NCBI RefSeq assembly: GCF_006345805.1
Contig: NC_043000.1
Coordinates: forward strand, 138,756,001-138,820,000
DNA length: 64,000 nt
Source: Octopus sinensis
Lineage: Eukaryota
Reading direction: 5' to 3'
Shown here: in pieces, positions 39,307-53,352 of the stretch
Position numbering within the stretch: the first letter of the stretch is position 1
How the letters are laid out: each line of letters begins with the position of its first letter
Made by a program: the position numbers and the translations under genes
The notes under the pieces: model-generated
The model's input: only the letters and a program-made list of their open reading frames with translations
Told to the model about the DNA's origin: nothing
Databases searched by the model: none

Positions 39307-39517
39307 GACATAGCAATGTGTAAGCACGTCTATATGTGCAGTAAGCTATAACATAAAAATAAGAATAAAAATCTAACGGATATGTTTTTAAAAATGGTAA
39401 CAGATTGAGACGAAGTATAATGTAAACAGGGCCATGTGTGTATAGTAGAATATAACGTAACAAGTGAACTAGCAGAAAAAAACCCATAGAGAGTTATACA
39501 TATTAATATTGAAAAAC

Positions 39518-39553
<36 letters not shown>

Positions 39554-39947
39554 CACGAGGCTAAAAGTGATAGGCAAGACTATGTTTGAAAAAAGTTACC
39601 ATATTTAAGTAAAAATGTACAGAAAAGGAACTTAACAAGGAAAAAACATCAATCACAGCCAAGACCGGCCGGTGTTGTCTGTAATCGATGTGTTTTCCTT
39701 AAGTTCCTTTCCGTTTTTTCTGTGCTTGTATGTACATTTTTACTTAAATATTGTAACTTTTTCAAACATAGTCTTGCCTATCGCATTTAGCCTCGTGCAA
39801 TGCATATATATTTTCGTTTTTCAATATTAATATGCATAACTCTCTATGTTTTTTTCTGCCACAGCACCTGTTACGTTATATTCTACGATACGCATATATA
39901 TGTTATAGTTTACTGCACATATGGACGGACATACACATTGATATGTC
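39307..39947. repeat. Long spacer-less inverted repeat (fold-back)
   Basis: The arms mirror around accggccggt (39664-39673). For example, gataggcaagactatgtttgaaaaa pairs with tttttcaaacatagtcttgcctatc. Confidence 0.92.
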
Positions 39948-41493
39948 ATCATGGTGGCACAATCATTTCAGTAACAGCTTCACATTAAGGACAATTAGAG
40001 GGCCAGACGGGCCATTTTCGTGAGATACTTCTGCAAACTACCTCAAAAATAATTGACAGTGACTTCATTATTTTGACCGGTAATTTTAATGTCAAAACCG
40101 TCATGATGTCCATGAAGAAAATATAGCTATGGTATAAAAAACTTAGAGAGTTTACAGCTCCAACAATTCTGAGACACAATTGATATAGCAATTTGCAATG
40201 CACATTTCAAGAAACCCCCAGTCACCGCTTTATGTAACAGTCTCATGAATATATAAGCCAGATAGATTTCATTTTCAACAAAATTGGTAGATAGTTGCAA
40301 GTGTTAAAACCTTTCCTGAAGCAAAATTCAATATTCAAAATGAATTAGTGGCTAGTGACTTTAGCATCAGAGTAAGGCAGACTCACTGGCATTAGAAGGA
40401 AGACATGGAAACAAATAGATCTCCACTGTTGGTCATAGGTTTTGAGAAATTCTAGTTAACATGTATAACAACAGAGATGAGGAACTCGGACTTATAGTGA
40501 TGACAACTGGGAATTTTGTGAGATAATATGCTAAGGGCTACACATCATATATGTGGCTGGTGCAGTACACTGACCAAATAGAAGATGGTATGCTGTTAGA
40601 ATAACACAGTTGAAATCACTCTAACAGAAAAACACTGGTATAGAAAGCCTTGAAAGGTGAGAATGTTACCTAGCAGTTAATAGGGTAGCTATGTATCAGG
40701 TATGACTAGGTAAAGGAAGAAATTTGTAAATGCTGTTTGTTGTGAAGATGTGGGATGACAGGTATTCCGTATCACAAGGCTGGATATCAGAGAAAATTTA
40801 GTTATCATTGGACAGAAGTGTATCTGGAATGATGGCAGTACACAGGCTCTAAAAGCTGATGATAAAGAAAGCAGCATGTACGTGCTATTATGAAAGGATA
40901 TTGACTCAAGAGAGAAACTGACAAGTCAAGTTGACAGCATTATGGTAGATAAAGTTATTAAAGATAATAAGGTAGGGAAAGCTGCAAGCTAATCCAGGAT
41001 AGTTGCAAGAAATACTCAAAATATCTGGTAAAGTAAGATACTAGCTAATCACCTGGATATTTTATCAGGTAATACAGGAAGGTCTCATACACAATGATTG
41101 GCATGGCATAGTCATTGTAAATTGCTACAAGGTCAAAGGAAATGACTTAGGGAGAGGAAATTACAGAGTTGTCAAATTGTCAGTTCAGACTATGAAAATG
41201 CCAGAAAGCAAAACAGAATTTGTCTCGATGAGGTGCAGTTCAGCTTTGTGCCCAAAAGAGGTATCACGGATGCCCTCTCACTGGTAAGGTAACAATAGTA
41301 GAAATACTTGGCATTTGTTGACTTGGAGAACATTTTTAACATGGTGCCATACTCAATAATTTTGTGTTCTCTGAAGAAATATGGTGTAGGTGAATGGCTT
41401 ATGTGAGCAGTACATGTACAAAAGTGCAGTTAGTAAATTAAAAGTCTGCAATGATTACAGCAAGGTATTTAGTGTGAAGATATGGGTCCTTAA

Positions 41494-41653
41494 CCCCTTA
41501 CCCAACAATTATTTTGAAAATAAATGTATTTTTTCAGACATATTTTTTAATTGTCGATTTTGGCGAGTCTATCTTTTGACGAGTTAACTCGCCAGAGATA
41601 GAAAAAAACGATTTAGGTCAAAACGCATATATTCGTTTCTGCCGGGTAAGGGG
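41494..41653. mobile_element. piggyBac-type MITE
   Basis: TTAA|CCCCTTACCC ... GGGTAAGGGG|TTAA, inside the RTE. Confidence 0.88.
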
Positions 41654-41894
41654 TTAAATATTCAGTTTTCAGCCCCTTTTTATACTTCATAGTCTTACAG
41701 GCCATTACAGCGAAGTTCAAGACTGACTCTTCGTGAACACTGCATATTGAAAATCTCATATTACTGACTGAATCTATTGTCGAAATAAAGAAGAAATTTA
41801 AGACTGGAAGTAAAACCTAAATTGAGAGGCCTCAAAGAAAATTGGAAATAAAAAATATACAGACCTCAAGGTAAACTAGAAAAACAAAAATAGT

Positions 41895-42205
41895 TGTTTG
41901 TTGCTGTTTGTTCCTTCTCGAGCCATGCCTGGCTCATAGGGCCAGTTTCCTGGTTTCCTTGGCATATAGGTTCCCCTTCTGGATGGGACACTGGTTCGTC
42001 GCCGGTGAGCTGCAAGATGCAGGAGGAAAGAGTGAGAGAAAGTTGTGGCGAAAGAGTCAGCAGAAGTTCGCCATTACCTTCTGCTGGAGCCATGTGGAGC
42101 TTAGGTGTTTTGCTCATAAACACACACTTCGCCCGGTCTGAGATTCGAACCTGCAATCCCTGAACCATGAGTCCGCTGCTCTAACCACTAGGCCATGTGC
42201 CTCCA
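41895..42205 (-). mobile_element. Family D tRNA-derived SINE
   Basis: Head ggaggcacatggcctagtggttagagcagcggactc..ggttcgaatc and (aac)-rich tail. Flanked by the repeat acaaaaatagttgtt. Confidence 0.9.
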
Positions 42206-42409
42206 CAAAAATAGTTGTTAGTAAGCAGAAAATAAGGTAGAATCTTGGTACCATCAGGGAAATGACCTTACTCAGTATGCAGAGAATGAGTAGGTAGAAA
42301 CTCAATATGTTGTGCAGTATAAATGAAGTTTAAATGCACATGAGATATTGTAGAATCACAGGTATGCTAATAGAGAAAGGAGGGTTTTAATGAGAATGTA
42401 GTAGAAATA

Positions 42410-42704
42410 AATAATAATAAATCTCTGAGTGAAGTATAAACAGTAGCTGCAGCACATCGTGAAGTATATTTGTCACTTAAATGTGGCTAGCCCCTAAGGG
42501 TGGATGCTACTGTAGCTTGTAGCCCCAGGAGGACACCTCCTCCAGCTGGCTATTGACACCCTTTCTCTGTGTGCCCTTTGAAAATACTGATAGGGCACAG
42601 AAAGTGTCAGTAGCCAACTAGAGGAGATATCCTCCTGGGGCTACAAACTACAGTAGCATTCACCCTTAGGGGTTAGCCACATTTAAGTGGCAAATATACT
42701 TCAC
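42410..42704 (-). mobile_element. Fold-back insertion with (TTA)n end and 12-bp TSD
   Basis: Palindrome 42458-42705. TSD gtagtagaaata at 42398-42409 and 42705-42716. Confidence 0.8.
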
Positions 42705-43240
42705 GTAGTAGAAATAGTTTCTCTCAAATGTCCAGTTGGATCACCAGAATTAATTTAATGCTTCTGTTACCCAGGTGGCATAATTAGCAGCTGGGGCTAC
42801 TGTTGCTCCTAAAAGTATAACAGCTAAGGTAAGAACAGTTTGGCATAAGTTCAGTGAGTTATTAGCTCTACAGGCAACAAGGGTCTTCTACTTTGGTATG
42901 AAAAGTAGATTTTATGGTACATGATGCTTGTGTTCAAACTGTAATGTTGCATGGCTGTGCGATGTAAGATTTGAAAGCAGAAGGTTAGAAAGAAATGAAG
43001 CAAGCATATGCCAATGGCAGTGTAATGTCTGTGGCATGAGGAAGAAGAAGATATGTATTAGTTTGTGTGCATGCTTGTTTATGTGTTGTTAAAGAGAACA
43101 AGAAGGTATAATATTCAGGTTAGAAAGAAAGATATATAGTTAGATTGATAGATAGTTGATAGATAGTTACTTAGAAAAATAAATAAATAGATGGATAGAT
43201 GGATGGATAGATAGATAAATAAATAAATAAATATATATAT

Positions 43241-43275
<35 letters not shown>

Positions 43276-44449
43276 CTTAGAAAAATGAATGGATAGATGG
43301 ATGGATAGATAGATAAATAAATTTAAAGATATATAGATAGATCGATAGATAAAAAGTTCTAAAGAATATTAAGTTGTATGTGGAGCTCAATGTCCGTCAA
43401 GCACATGCATGATACATGAACATAAAGCCATATGCATGCTTCCAGATAAGCATGTGCACACACGTACACATGCACACATACACGCACACATATTCATTCA
43501 GATATACACCCTCCCACACACACTGCTTACTTTATGTATCTTTATTTGACATATTCAAGAAAAAAAAAAACAGAATCAAAATATAAATTAGTGCAAAATG
43601 TACAACATTTTAGTTGCATTTTGATGATAATGAATAATTTAAGAATTCACAACCCAAAAAAAAGAAAAAAAAAAAAAATCAGAAATGGTACTTTGTGTTG
43701 TTTTGCCATTATTTTGCAATATCCCAAAGAATGTGTTTAAAAACATTTAGCCAATGAATATTTATGCAATTGTCAAAAAATATTCAGTTGTTTAATGGAA
43801 GATCTTTAGAAATATGAAGAAAATAGTTGTTTTGTAAATATTGATCATCCAGCAGCAGAATCTTTATAACAAAGGGGAAAATGTAAAGATTTTGTTGTTA
43901 TATTGCAGTTGTTTTTCTTCTCTCTTTTTTTCTATTTTCTTACATTTTTTTTTTATCTGTTTGGATTTCTTTTCTTCTATTCATTTTCTGAAAACTATTT
44001 ATCAACTCTTTTACATAACTATCATATATTTAAAAGCATTAATAGATTTTGTAACATTCCATTTTTTTCTTTTTTCTTTATTCTTTTTTTCTTATTTTTT
44101 TTTTTTTCAAGAGCTCAAATATCCTTCTGGTCTTATTCTATATGTTTATTTTATTTATTTTATTTTTTGTTTGTTATTATTTATTTTTCATTTTAGCTTA
44201 TCAGCACATTAAATTGTAGACAAACATTCAAGTAATTTATAAGTACATATTCTTAAATATATTAAAATAATAAAAGAAAAAAAGATTTACAGGAAAATAT
44301 AAAAACAAGAAATAATGCAAAATTACATATTAAATAATAAGATTGTTATGTTAATTTAGAAATATGAAAATACAATTTTATATATGTATAATACAAATAT
44401 GTGAGTGTGTGCATGTGCATGTATTTCTCCCCCTCTATCTCTCTCTTTA

Positions 44450-44810
<361 letters not shown>

Positions 44811-46005
44811 TGTTAGCATGGAACATGGACATTAAATGAAGATATGATGATGATGATACACATATATGAACACACATATACATGAACATACATGCATGAA
44901 CAAACAGGAATGAACACACATATATAGTAAAAAAGAGAAAGTATATATTTCAAGTGCAACTGTAAAAATATATTTCAGAATTTATATATGTAGATATTGC
45001 ATGTGTGTGTGCATGTCTCATTATATAAGAGTGTGTGTGTGTAAATGTGTGTGTGTGTGTGTGTGTGCATGTGTGTGTGAGTGTGTGGGTCTCAAAACAC
45101 TGATGATGATGATGATGCTGATGACGATAATGATGATGATGACAGTGATGATGGTGGTGATGATACATATAAGAATTTATGTGTTTGTATGCATATTTTT
45201 ATACATATAGCCAGAGAGAAGGAGAGGGAGGGGAAAGGGGGGGGGATAAGTATTAGGTGAAGAAGAGAGAGAAATGAAGAGAGAGGGAGAGAGAGAGATT
45301 GAAGCACAGTAAACGCTAGATTTTCTTGCCTGATTATCTTGTATGATTACCAGTATGGAAATTGGTGAAAAGGCTGGTGTGAAGCAACTGATAAAAAAAA
45401 TATCGTTCTGTGTATTCTAATGATAAGTTTCAACAATTACTACAAGAGAGTAGCAACTTTATGGATAGTAATGAAATTTACATAAATATTTGTTATTTCT
45501 TCCAGAAATTCAATCTTGAGGCTTCACAAAACAACGGTAGAATCTCACAATATCAACAAAGAAAAAAAAATCCTCAATGTTTAATCTTGATAAATGTGTA
45601 AGATGCCTTTCTCTTGCTCTGTTGAGTAAAACTAAATGCTAAACATTTCCAAAACTGTGGAAAAATCATTTCAATTTGCATTAATCTATTTCTTAGTTTT
45701 TTTCAATTTTGTTCCCCTTTATTTTTTTTTACTGTTTACTGATGCTAGTGAAGTGAAGCAGAGCATACTGAAGATTATAATTCTATATTTTTTTTTTCAT
45801 TCTTTTGCCGATTCCATTCATTGCACAGTGGCTATGTTGGGGCACCATCTTTTACAGCATAGTTAGTTATATAAACCTTTCTTGCTGGCTATACTTAGTT
45901 TTTATATATTAAAAGCATTAAAGGTAATGTTGACTAGGATGGGATTTGAAACAAAGAATGTAAAGGTATGTAATTAAATTAAATATCATTTGGTCTTTTG
46001 TTTAA

Positions 46006-46225
46006 CCCTTTCATTAGCAACTCGGCTGAAACCGGCTCTGGCTCTGTAGTACAAATGTCTTGTTTTCATAAGTTTTGAATTAAAATCTTCCACCAAGCCT
46101 TAGTCACAATTAATGCTCCTAACACTAGCTTAATGATAACTAAGTTATTTTACTAAATTCTTTGTTATATCTAAAATAATTGAGAGAAACACAGAGCATC
46201 TCAAAATAAATACAGTAACGAAAGG
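46006..46225. mobile_element. piggyBac-type MITE, copy 1
   Basis: TTAA|CCCTTTC..gtaacgaaagg. Nearly identical to 60314-60535. Confidence 0.85.
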
Positions 46226-46802
46226 CACTCTACAACTCTGCCAGCCGTCAATCTGTAAGATAATTTTCATACATTTCAGCTATACTTCATGTTTATAACA
46301 GTGCATAAATAAATAAAAAATATTCCTAAACATTAATGTTTACAACTTAAATTTGTACACTTGAGTATTTGTCAGCTGGAAATTCAAATATTGTTTTCAT
46401 GCTCTTGAAGCATATCTTTATTTTGTATAATTGAATATTTAATTTTCCAGCAAGGTGAAATGTAATAAACAAACTAATATTAAAAAAAAAAACTGTATTG
46501 AAGCAAAGTAATTTCTTTTTAGCCCAGCTCATGGATAATACCAATTTACATTTTAAAGTCAATTTCTAAATACTAGCATGGGTTAGATAGGTCTACCTTT
46601 CCTGTCTCCGTCTAGCTACAGAAACTATTTATACAATTAAACTAAAACATGAAACTGCAAGATTTACTACCACAGGTTCAGTCTGAAAAAATATTTTTGT
46701 ATGAATAATAAACTGTTAGAATAAAAGTTTTTTTTCCCCTCAGAGAGAAAGGGCAGATTGTAAAATGTGTGTGAACAGTAATGCTGCATGTTAGTGAAAT
46801 AT

Positions 46803-47200
46803 GAGTGGCTGTGTGGTAAGTAGCTTGCTTACCAGCCACATGGTTCCGAGTTCAGTCCCACTGCGTGGTACTGTGTCTTCTATTATAGCCTTGGACCAAC
46901 AAAAGCCTTGTTAGTAGATTTGGAAGATGGAAACTGAAAGAAGCCCATCATATATATGTATATGTATATATATATGTGTGTGTTTGTGTGTCTGTTCTCC
47001 ACCCCCAACATCACTTGACAACCGATGCTGCTGTGTTTACGTTCCCATAACTTAGCGGTTCGGCAAAAGAGACCAATAGAATAAGTACCAGGCTTACAAA
47101 GAATAAGTCCTGCGGTCGACTTTCTCGACTAAAGGCGGTGCTCCAACATGGTTGCAGTCAAATGACTGAAACAAGTAAAAGAGTAAAAGAGTAAAAGAGT
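46803..47200 (+). mobile_element. Family C SINE
   Basis: Family C consensus with (gtaaaaga)n tail. Confidence 0.9.
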
Positions 47201-48006
47201 AATGCAGAAAATTTCCAAAGACTAGAAAGGAAGGAGTCAAACATGCTCTGGTAAATGTGTAAAGTCAGTGTCTATGAATACCATAGTACAAATGAGCTGA
47301 GAGAAAACTGGGTATAAGAGGAATCAGATGTTGCATTCATGAGAGAAAACAGTGCTGATATTGGCATGTGATACCAATACCAGTGCAATCTTACATATAT
47401 ATGATGCATATAAATTATTACTGCTGCATAAAAAAATGTATCGGGAATTCCAAATTAATGGAACATAAAGAACAGGGAGGCCAAGAAAGTATACATTTTG
47501 CTGCTCTCTTCACACTCTTTCAATCATTTTTTGATTCACCATCACCCTGTTGTTACTTCGTTCATCAATCCTCTTTCACTCCTCCACTACGCCTATGTAT
47601 TTGAGACAGCAGTGGTACTCTTCATTCCTCTGACTCTCTCTCACGTCATTAGGCCTACTTATTGAAGATAACATTGATCTGTCATCATACCTTCTCTAGG
47701 TATGATGACATTGTTAGTACATACAATAAACAGATTGGCAACAGGAAGAGCATCCAACCATTAAAACCAAGCCAAATGACTTGCACAAGCATCCATCTAT
47801 GAAGCTACAACACTCAATAGGTGTTAGTTCTGGCCATAACTACTCCTCCAACACATGAGAGCATAGAAAGCAGATATAAAAACGATGATGATTATCATAC
47901 ATTCCCCCACCCAATATATATTTGTTCACTTTATGCAATATACTTACATGAAATGAAACAAGCTAGAAACTGGCTCAATCATCAGGGGTAAGCATTTACA
48001 AACATG

Positions 48007-48222
48007 TATTTCACTACTGCCCACAAGGGGCTAAACACAGAGAGGCAAACGGATTATGTCGATTACATCGACCCCAGGGCGTAACTGGTACTTAATTTAT
48101 CGACCCCGAAAGGATGAAAGGCAAAGTCGACCTCGGCGGAATTTGAACTCAGAACGTAACGGCAGACGAAATACGGCTACGCATTTCGCCCGGCGTGCTA
48201 ACGAGTCTGCCAGCTCGCCACC
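48007..48222 (-). mobile_element. Family B SINE
   Basis: Consensus match. Flanked by the repeat acaaacatgt. Confidence 0.9.
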
Positions 48223-49689
48223 TTTAACAAACATGTGCACACATTTCAGTCAGTAAGGACACTTAGTGAAGGCAGGATTCATACTGCTTTCATGACATCT
48301 ATGTTCTATGTAAAATGGAGCTGAACTCATGGAATGTAGATTAAGTTTGATAAGTGGAGAAAATTGTGCCTGCCATGTATACAAACTGAATTATATGCTG
48401 AATTCTTATATATTAAATCATCACTTCTATATTTGAAACAGAAATCATTTGTACTTTATAATTAGTATATATCATTTTATTTTGGGTAGACACTGCCTAC
48501 TTTGTCTATTCAGTTAACAAATCCCTGGAACCAGTTCAAGTACATGGCTCAACAAGAGATTATTATTCCTCTACAGTAGGCCAATTTGTTCAAACATAAA
48601 ATTAATTAAAGCAATTACTAAACAATTAAGTTCTTAATTGCTTCAAAACGTAATCTAAAAACACAAATTAATTATCACAGATTCATTTAACTACATCTTG
48701 TTTAGTAAAATATTTCTCCTTTAACATTTTAAGAGAAAAACATATTCAACATGAATGGCAAAATATCATTTTGATTAAATTTTCTGACTCAGGAGAATAT
48801 TTCTTTTGCCAATTTTACACAAAATAAAAAGCAACAAAAAACCAGATAAACAGAAAAACAAGCAAACTTCTTCATAAAATTATTTTGATAAGACCTTAAT
48901 ATGACACAAATTGTCTAGGGGATAGTCAGCTATTAATTGCTGAGTACAAATAGAATCTGATGCAAATCTCATAAAAAATACTTGTTAAAAATTAGGCAAA
49001 ATAAATGTTGTAAGCCTGTTTAAACAAATTCAAGTAATTGAACCTGCTTCTTTTGCTCATTTTGTCAGGAACAGTTCAGAAGATGGTATAGAACTAGACA
49101 CTGTTCTATCACTGAGAGCCTCAGTGGTCACTCTCCTTTCTAGAAATACAACCAAATATCCTTTCAATAATATGCTATTAGTTAAAATTAGGCTACTTTG
49201 GATAATGTAATCCAAAATATATTGTATCTGAAAATGTATTTGAAACTAACTCAATCAATAGAGATAAGCATTTGCAAACATATGCACACTTCTCAGTTGG
49301 TAATGAGATTGAGTGAAAGCAGGATTCAAACTGCTTTCATGACATCTATGTTCTGTGTAATATGGAGATGAAATGACTGGCTCACTTTCCATATCATCCT
49401 GTGTCATTGGAATGGAGGGTTTCTCAAAAGCTTCAGGGAAGTAGCACCATCTTGTTTCAAACTTAGGCACAAGGCCTGGAATTTGAGGAACAGGGATTAG
49501 CTAATTAAATTGATACTTATGCACGAGGCTTGGAATTTGAGGAACAACTAAAAGAATACTTAAGCAGAAGGCTTGGAGTTTGAAGAACACAGATTAAAAC
49601 TGATACTCCATTATACATTGCTTGTATAAAACTATGATGTTTAATCTCAAATAAGTGCTGATTCTGCATGTCTTTCAGCAAAAGTGTTC

Positions 49690-49777
49690 ATCATTATTAT
49701 CATCATCATCATCATCATCACCACCATCACCATCAATCACCATCACCACCACCACTACCATCACCACCACCGCCACC

Positions 49778-49811
<34 letters not shown>

Positions 49812-49995
49812 TCATCATTTAACATCCACTCTCCCTGCTGGTATGGGTTAGACGATTTGACTGGAACTGGAAAGCTAGAGAACTGCACCAAGTCCCAGTC
49901 TGACTTGACATGGTTTCTATGGCTGGATGCTCTTCCAAGTGCCAACAACTCTAGGATTATAATGGGAGCTTTCATGTGGTACTGGCATGGGTGCC
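49690..49995 (-). mobile_element. Diverged family A repeat with CAT/CAC microsatellite
   Basis: Reverse family A motifs. Confidence 0.75.
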
Positions 49996-51644
49996 ATATA
50001 CATATTCCTATCTTTTATTTAGGTACAGCTTTAGTATCTTTTATGGTTTAATTTACTTTTTTTCTTTTATTCTAGGCATTAGGGTGTGCTTAAAGACAAT
50101 TCAACAACTATTGTTAATAAGTTAAACAAATCTGTAGAACTTCCTGCATTTGGCTTGTCAACTTAAGTGGTGGCCGCTGAAATGAATCTGTTAGTGAATG
50201 TATTCGACTGAATAAAATGTACAGGTTTTCCTTCTTCCTTTTTGGAAAATGTAAAAGTGCATTTCTTTGTATAATTTCAGTTAGGATATTGGAATAAGGT
50301 TAAAGAAAATAGTTTAACATAAAACATAAAAACAACACATGCTTGGTAAAGGCAACTAATAGATAACAAAGAGGGAAAACAGGTGGAAAATATGACAGAT
50401 TTAAGTGGGGAATGATATCTCTCTGATATTGTCAGAAGCTTCAAAGAAGCAGTTCTATTTTCCTATAATTTTTGCTAATACCCAACAATACTTTGAAAAC
50501 TGAAATAGTTACTCATATATTGTGCATAATCTGTTTCTTATTAACTATGAAGTATTGTGAAAATTGGGACAACAAATACCCCAGTATAGAATGCAACTAC
50601 CTGTCACTTTTCTCAATACTTGAATTACTTTTTTTTCTTCTTTTGGTGTTTATTTTTTGTTTTGTTTATTTAGTGGGTAGAGATGCTTTATAAGATTGAT
50701 TGTCATTGCAACAAAATCTTGGACAGAATATATATTATCAGAAACCTGTAGGTAAGCTATAAATATTGTATTCTGTTCTGACATTAATAAAGCAAGTCAC
50801 TCGCTTGTCTTAGTACTGTTGCCTTTCCCTCCTCCTCTGTTTCACACTCTCTTGCTCTCATTAATATTTTCTCTCTCTCTACATATATATATATCTTTCT
50901 CTCATTCACACATATACACATATGCATATCTCAGGCCCATCAAACAAAATCGATGGTGGAAACAACTCTTAAAGAATTTATTTACTATTGTACCTATAGC
51001 AATTGTGTGTTAAATGTCACTGATCCAGCTAAAAATTTTTGAGATACATAAATATACAAAATTCTTTCACTAAAGATATGAATACGTAATGTTATTTTCA
51101 ATTTGTTGTTGTAGTTGTTATTCTAGAATGAAATAACATTAATAATACATGAGTGATTCGATAAATAAAGGTAATCTAAATCTTTATAATTTGCATATAT
51201 TTTAACAGACTACATTTAATTACTATTGTATCATAAAATTCGCTAATCGGTGCCATTAAAGAAATTTTATTTCTCTCATAGATTTATGTTTGAGCAGTCA
51301 GTATTAATTGGCAAGAGATCTCTTCTCTTCAGGTTTATATCTTATTGCAGACATTATCCACTGACGAAATGACTGAGAGAGTGAAATCAAACTCCGTTTG
51401 TGGAGATGGTGCACTTCATCAAAATGAGACATCACATTCATGTAAAATAAGATGGAAGTAAAAATGAGAAAATTAATGCAGTATAACTTGAGAACTATGA
51501 AAACACTTCTTTATCATCGGCTTCAGAAGTTTCTTAACTTTTTCTTTCCATTCATTGATTTATAGAAGGGAATTGAATTTCATTTCAAACAAACAACATA
51601 CAAAAAACTACTTTTTTATGTGTTTATGTTTGTTTGCTTGCTTG

Positions 51645-51668
51645 TACGTATGTATGTATGTATATGTG

Positions 51669-51700
<32 letters not shown>

Positions 51701-51975
51701 TGTATTTATGTATGTATGTATGTATTTATGTATGTATGTATGTATGTATGTATGTATGTATGTATGTATGTATTATGTATGAATGTATGTATGTATGTAT
51801 GTATTTATGTGTGTATGTATGTATGTATGTATGTATGTATTTATGTAAGTATATATGTATGTATGTATGTATTTATGTATGTATGTATGTATGCATGTAT
51901 GTACATATGTATGTATGTATGTATGTATGTATATGTATGTATGTATGTATGTATGTACGTATGAATGTATGTATT
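51645..51975. repeat. (TATG)n microsatellite
   Basis: Directly visible. Confidence 0.95.
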
Positions 51976-52038
51976 TATGTACAAACACACATACACATGT
52001 CTATACATATATCACATATGTATATATGCATATGTGTG

Positions 52039-52078
<40 letters not shown>

Positions 52079-53119
52079 CATGGATATGATTGTACATACC
52101 TAGACATACATATATACACATGAGAGAGTGGGTTTAGTGAGTGGAGAAGCACATAAAGACGGAAAACTTAAAGAAAACAAAGGTAAGTCCAACAAAAAAA
52201 AAAAGTAAGTTTATCAGTCTTTATAAAGAAATTTAAATCTTAAAATTTCTCTTCTGTTAATATCAGATCTTAAGCATCAAAACTTTCAAGGTTTCATTAT
52301 ATATTTCCACTGTTGCTTAAGCTTTACTTTTAAAGAATAATTTTCAGTTTCATTTCTTAGAGGATACTGGTAATTATAAATACATCTTTCTTTTCATTGT
52401 TCACAATAGCATACACAAATTCACTTTAATTTGCTTTAGAAAATATAGAAACCTACTTAAAAGTAGAAAGTGATGCAGAAGAGAAAAATAAAAAAAATGA
52501 AGAAGATAAATCCAGTAAGAATTGTGTAAATATATATTTTTGGCTGTTGCAGTATAAAGAATTTTGTTTCATGCAGTCATTTAAATGATATGTGGTGGAA
52601 TAAATTATTAAATGCCATACAGAGCAATGCAATAGTTGACAGATCACAACACAAAATACAGCTGTCTTAACTGAGACAGATCTATGATCAAAAGCGTTCT
52701 AGTTGTGAAATTTCCAATCACTTTTCCAGGTTAGTATGTATCTGTGTGTGTGTATCTTTTCAATGATTGAATGTGTCAGACATAATTTGTTGAGGCAGAT
52801 TTTCTATGATTGAATGTTCTTCCTGTTGCCAACCGTTATTTGTTTCCAAGCTTGGTAATATTTTCACTAGTCCTTTGGAGATTAAGAGCACGGTGGTTGG
52901 GATATGTTTCTATGGAAGATGGCAAAGGAATGACTCTACTTGTACGACAGTGATTCTTCATCTTATAAATTAGCTTTCAAAGTCAAGTCTAGAAGACATA
53001 GGCTTACAAATGCTCCTGCAGATACACACACACACACAAACACACACAAACACACACAAACACACACAAACACACACAAACACACACACATGTGTGTATG
53101 AATATCATCATCATTTCAA

Positions 53120-53352
53120 AGGCGGTGAGCTGGCAGAATCCTTAGCACGTCAGGCGAAACACTTAGCGGTATCTCGTCTGCCACTACATTCTGAGTTCAA
53201 ATTCCACCGAGGTCACCTTTGACTTTCATCCTTTTGGGGTCGATAAATTAAGTACCAGTTACGCACTGGAGTCGATATAATCGACTTAATCCATTTGTCT
53301 GTCCTTGTTTGTCCTCTCTGTGTTTAGCTCCTTGTGGGTAGTAAAGAAATAG
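53120..53352 (+). mobile_element. Family B SINE
   Basis: Consensus match. Confidence 0.9.

Larger units (their letters stand above)
40365..43050 (+). mobile_element. Long decayed RTE LINE (RT domain to C-terminus) with three nested insertions
   Basis: DEVQFSFVPKRGITDALSLVR*..KYLAFVDLENIFNMVPYSIILCSLKKYGVGEWL. Upstream GNYRVVKL. Downstream WHKFSELL..LERNEAS. Many stops and indels. Confidence 0.85.

Noticed and set aside
51357-51403. Hammerhead-like tcca-CTGACGA..GAAA..tgga
   Set aside because: Helices II and III pair poorly and there is no family context, so chance cannot be excluded.
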